Assembly: GCF_036365525.1 (NCBI RefSeq)
Contig: NC_090383.1
Location: 111,788,531 to 111,852,530 of the forward strand
Reading direction: 5' to 3'
DNA length: 64,000 nucleotides
Source: Heterodontus francisci
Taxonomy: Eukaryota
Positions 60,387 through 64,000 of the stretch are shown here, one piece after another. Position 1 is the first letter of the stretch. Each line of letters begins with the position of its first letter. The position numbers were made by a program, and so were the translations under genes. The notes under the pieces are model-generated. The model made no database searches, was not told where the DNA came from, and saw only the letters and a list, made by a program, of their open reading frames with translations.

Positions 60387-61432
60387 AATATTTCTTATGC
60401 CGTAGTTTGAGATTTTTTTAAACCTGAAATTTACTAATGCAGTTTTTTTTAGTAGCTTAATGTGTCATAAAAGTACAAACTGAAAAGGATTAAGTCAGCT
60501 GGATCAGTTCTAGCTATGCAATGTTAATTTTATAACTAGCCCTATATTTGATTGTAGGTTTCTAAGTTTATATCATTCAGAAACAGATTTAAAATAATAC
60601 ATATAACATTGGATCTAGCTAGTGTCAGCATTATGCAGGCATTTCTTTGTAGATTTTTTTTGCCTTCGCTCCAAGAAATTACAGTTTACAAATGCCAAAC
60701 ATCATTAATTTGGAATGGGCTGATGGAATTTTCTTTCTAAGTTATTGTGCTATTAATCTAAGTAAATATTGCAGTGTAGAAACATTTCCAGAATTGTGAT
60801 GGTCTATTGTTACCAAATGGCTAAAACTTGTTTGGTGGCTAGAGAAGATCCTTTTACTAATTTGCAAAGAAAGAAATTAGAACCCCTCCCCTAAGCTACC
60901 TACAGTCAACTAACAATGCGAACTGGCCCTGCAGTGCTGCTCTTGAAAGGTGCATAAGAGAGTTTGCTCACTCACTTGCCTTTCCTGCACCATTGACTAA
61001 GACTGGGAAGTCACCTGTGAGAAAAAACACTTAATTCTCTCATTGATTTTCATAAGTTATTGTGTTTTGGGAAGGAGCACCAGGAACTAGATTTAAAAAA
61101 AAAATTACAACCACCTTAAATGTAATCGTCAATAGGAGTTGGTGGAAAGTTAATCAGAACCTGTTATATTTCATATGGTGAATAGAGGTTGTTTTATACA
61201 AGCAGAAGACGTGTTTAACAGGATTTCATCATAAATGGCCTCAATCGAATTATATTGAATTTTTTGTAGTGGTGAACAAATGTAAGATGTTGCATAATGC
61301 AGAACATCTGGGCGGCATACTTTGATGATGATCTCTGTGTAGAGATCACTCCTTAAACTATAGAATAGATTTGCAGTTGTAACTTATATTTTATAGTTTC
61401 TTGCACCAATGCATTACATTTCTCAATTTCAG

Positions 61433-61508
61433 AGTCAGGCTAAAGTATTGGCTGAACAAAAGAGGTTCCCCTTTTCTACTACCGATGCAAATACAAATGA
61501 GGAATTGG
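61433..61508 (+). CDS. TTC13: TTC13 exon 3
   Basis: SQAKVLAEQKRFPFSTTDANTNEEL. 76 nt, phase 0/1. Confidence 0.95.
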
Positions 61509-61649
61509 GTATGTATTCATTTGTGGGTTGTGTTAGTTTTAATGTGGATTGTCGAGTAAAGAAAAAGCAATAATTTTTCTGCAGGGAAAATATTGTGCTC
61601 TACTGCTTTAGGTTGTTTTCTATTTCCCAATGAGCTGACAGGATCTGAA

Positions 61650-61845
61650 ATACACTGCCTGAGAGTGTGGTAGAGGCAGGTTCAATCGAGGCATTCAAGA
61701 GGAATTGTTATCTGAAAAGGAAGAATGTGCAGGGCTATGGGGAGAAGTCGGGAGACTGGTACTAGGTAAATTGCTCTTTCAGAGAGCCGGTGCAGACATG
61801 ACGGGCTGAATGGCCTCCTTCTGCTGTAACAATTCTGTGACTCTG
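61650..61845 (+). mobile_element. CR1 extreme 3' fragment
   Basis: CACTGCCTGAGAGTGTGGTAGAGGC..GGGCTGAATGGCCTCCTTCTG. Confidence 0.75.
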
Positions 61846-62972
61846 AGTTGCTCCCAGATGGCCACCACTGTTGCTCCATAGCTGACTTTTAAGAAAGATG
61901 TGGGAGCAAACATGCTGTTCTGTTAGCCCCTGCCACTTGTTTGGGAAGTGTTGAACAAATCCCACTAATGCGATCTATTTTATGGAAGCAGTTCTTGGGT
62001 GCTGCATTATAGCAGTGGCCTAATTGTGATCAGCTACGCTACACTTGGGTAGTTGAGTTTGAAGTTGGTTTTCTGTGGTGCATTTGGACATGTGATTATA
62101 GAAAAAGTAGCAGCAAGTGTGACACCATTAGAAGAGAAATATTTTCAACCCTGACAATTCTCTTTGCTCACTTTCACTTCTGGAATCTCCTGATGGGTAT
62201 AGTTCCATAAATACATTTCACCCTCTGATATCTGACCCAAGTGGCTATCGCTAATGTGTGAATCTCGACAATGAGGGCCCACCTAGTTGGGCTTTTCAGC
62301 TGCAAGAGGCACTATTGAGAAACATGATCCTATCCCCTCCTTGCATCTCCACCTTTGTATCTCCAGCAAGCTTTGTTGGATAGTGATCAAAAGTATTTTT
62401 CTTCCCTCGAGTCGGGCACCAAAGCCAGTTCTTGCTGCTCTAGATCAGTCATCAGCATAGGATTGGAATTGAACCTCGGGCATTTCTGTTCTGTATTGCA
62501 CTGGGTTTTTAGTTAATGAATTTTGCTGTCAGCATCTCTTCAGATTTGACTGATATAAAAAGATCAGTAAATTTAATAAAGTTTTGCTATATTTGAATGC
62601 TGATGACCACAGAGAGATGCTGACTGCCTGTGCTAAGCTCAGTGTTTCCAGAGCTGAAATGCAGCAGTTGAAATGACCCAATTGCTGAATTTTCCTGGGT
62701 TTGTGACTATTGCTGTTATTAATTACTCATTCAGTTAGTACCCAAGATGCTCATCTTCAAGTTGCATTTGTTAATCCGTCTCCCTCACCTTATTGTGTTC
62801 AGTAATGCGTCCAGCTAGCCTTTTGACGTCATCAGCATTTAATTGCTTAAAAATTACAAAAAGATGAAACCAAACAAAATAATATTTAGAATTCTTTGGA
62901 AATGAACTGCAACATCACCTAGATCTGAATTATTTTTTAAGTTACTGCTAATCCATATTTGTTTCTTCCTAG

Positions 62973-63043
62973 CATTTGGCTATGCCTTGATTGGAAACAG
63001 TTTGTATGATGAAGCAATAAAACAGTTTTCAGCACTGCTACAG
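62973..63043 (+). CDS. TTC13: TTC13 exon 4 (TPR)
   Basis: (A)FGYALIGNSLYDEAIKQFSALLQ. 71 nt, phase 1/0. Confidence 0.95.
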
Positions 63044-63418
63044 GTATGTACACTTTATCTAAATTACAGTTGTAACATGTAGCTCTATTCATGTTTTCTG
63101 CATCCAATAAATAAGTGCTGTAGTCATTTGATAAATTAACCTGTGAAGACTGAACAGTAGAATATTTAGCGCTGAGCCCATATTTAATGATATTCATTTC
63201 ATACATATGTCATGACTTTTTAGACCTGGCGGATTAGCTGGGAAATTACAGCATAGGCATTGAATCAATAACCCTGACACGGTATGTATGTATATTCACA
63301 TTGAGTATATAATTAGGGGGTAAAATACAATTGGTGTGAGTGTAGCAACTGTTTACGATGCACATTTATCTGAAACAATTACGTTTCTGCATTCCTTTAT
63401 TTTTATGTCTGAGAGTAG

Positions 63419-63484
63419 GGGAACCCGGAACTAGTGAGTGCCATCTACGGAAGGGGAATAGCATATGGAAAGAAGGGTTTACAG
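63419..63484 (+). CDS. TTC13: TTC13 exon 5 (TPR)
   Basis: GNPELVSAIYGRGIAYGKKGLQ. 66 nt, phase 0/0. Confidence 0.95.
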
Positions 63485-63804
63485 GTCAGTAGTTCTCCTT
63501 TTTGAATTGAATGCAGAAGTGTGTTATGAAAAAGCTTGATATTTCTTTGAATTCATTGTGAGCTTTTTTTTTATTAAGTTCCGAATGATTTTTATGCAAG
63601 TCCAATAAGTTAATCTTTGTAGTAAAGGTAGTTATAAACAACTCTATTTATGCTGATTATTGTTTCTTAATGATTGACCACCATCTACCAAGGTAGCCTC
63701 TGAAATGTTCATGTAAGCATAAGGGAGGGGGAATTACAAGCTTGAAAAAATTGTATTATATTTAGTGGAAAATGTTGGTATTCTAAGTGACATCTGTGTT
63801 TCAG

Positions 63805-63897
63805 GATATCAAAAATGCTGACCTTGCCCTCTTGGAGCTGAACAAAGTTATAACCTTAGAACCTAATGCACCCGAGGTATTTGAGCAGAGAGCAGAG
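63805..63897 (+). CDS. TTC13: TTC13 exon 6 (TPR); gene continues beyond the window
   Basis: DIKNADLALLELNKVITLEPNAPEVFEQRAE. 93 nt, donor GTAAGA. Confidence 0.95.
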
Positions 63898-64000
63898 GTA
63901 AGATTTGTCCTTGTTAAATGACTCCTTATTTATTTTTGATGTCATGAACATCATCGTCGTTGGGAGAGTTTACCTGCTATCTTATAATATTGTATGGTGG

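Noticed and set aside
1-64000. CRISPR arrays, operons, rRNA genes or other prokaryotic systems
   Set aside because: The sequence is intron-rich vertebrate DNA; no regularly spaced repeat-spacer array or rRNA-like sequence was seen.

Overview
Vertebrate genomic DNA, most likely an elasmobranch (shark): HE1-type V-SINEs, Deu-domain SINEs and dense CR1/L2/RTE/Penelope retroelements make up much of the window. Four spliced protein-coding genes can be reconstructed by eye with canonical GT-AG junctions and consistent phases. (1) The first coding exon of DESI2 (-, 8246-8284) with its CpG-island promoter. (2) A complete 4-exon, 152-aa SYNJ2BP/OMP25-like gene (-, 10643-32150; PDZ domain plus C-terminal transmembrane tail); the ORF track shows only its last exon, and its location suggests a retained paralogue rather than the canonical gene. 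(3) Complete ARV1 (-, 5 coding exons, 232 aa, 40254-49869). (4) Exons 1-6 of TTC13 (+, from 50157), head-to-head with ARV1 across a 287-bp promoter with two divergent ZNF143/THAP11-type motifs. Other notable structure: a Penelope-like element carrying a minimal hammerhead ribozyme motif; three short TSD-flanked inserts of its 3' end that all break at the ribozyme, one being a perfect 80-bp-arm palindrome folded at the stem II apex; an RTE with a 5' fold-back; multi-level nested insertions; a candidate poison exon in TTC13; and candidate cassette exons in the SYNJ2BP-like gene. Homology calls rest on recalled protein sequences and motifs, not on database searches. Repeat boundaries are approximate unless a TSD is quoted.
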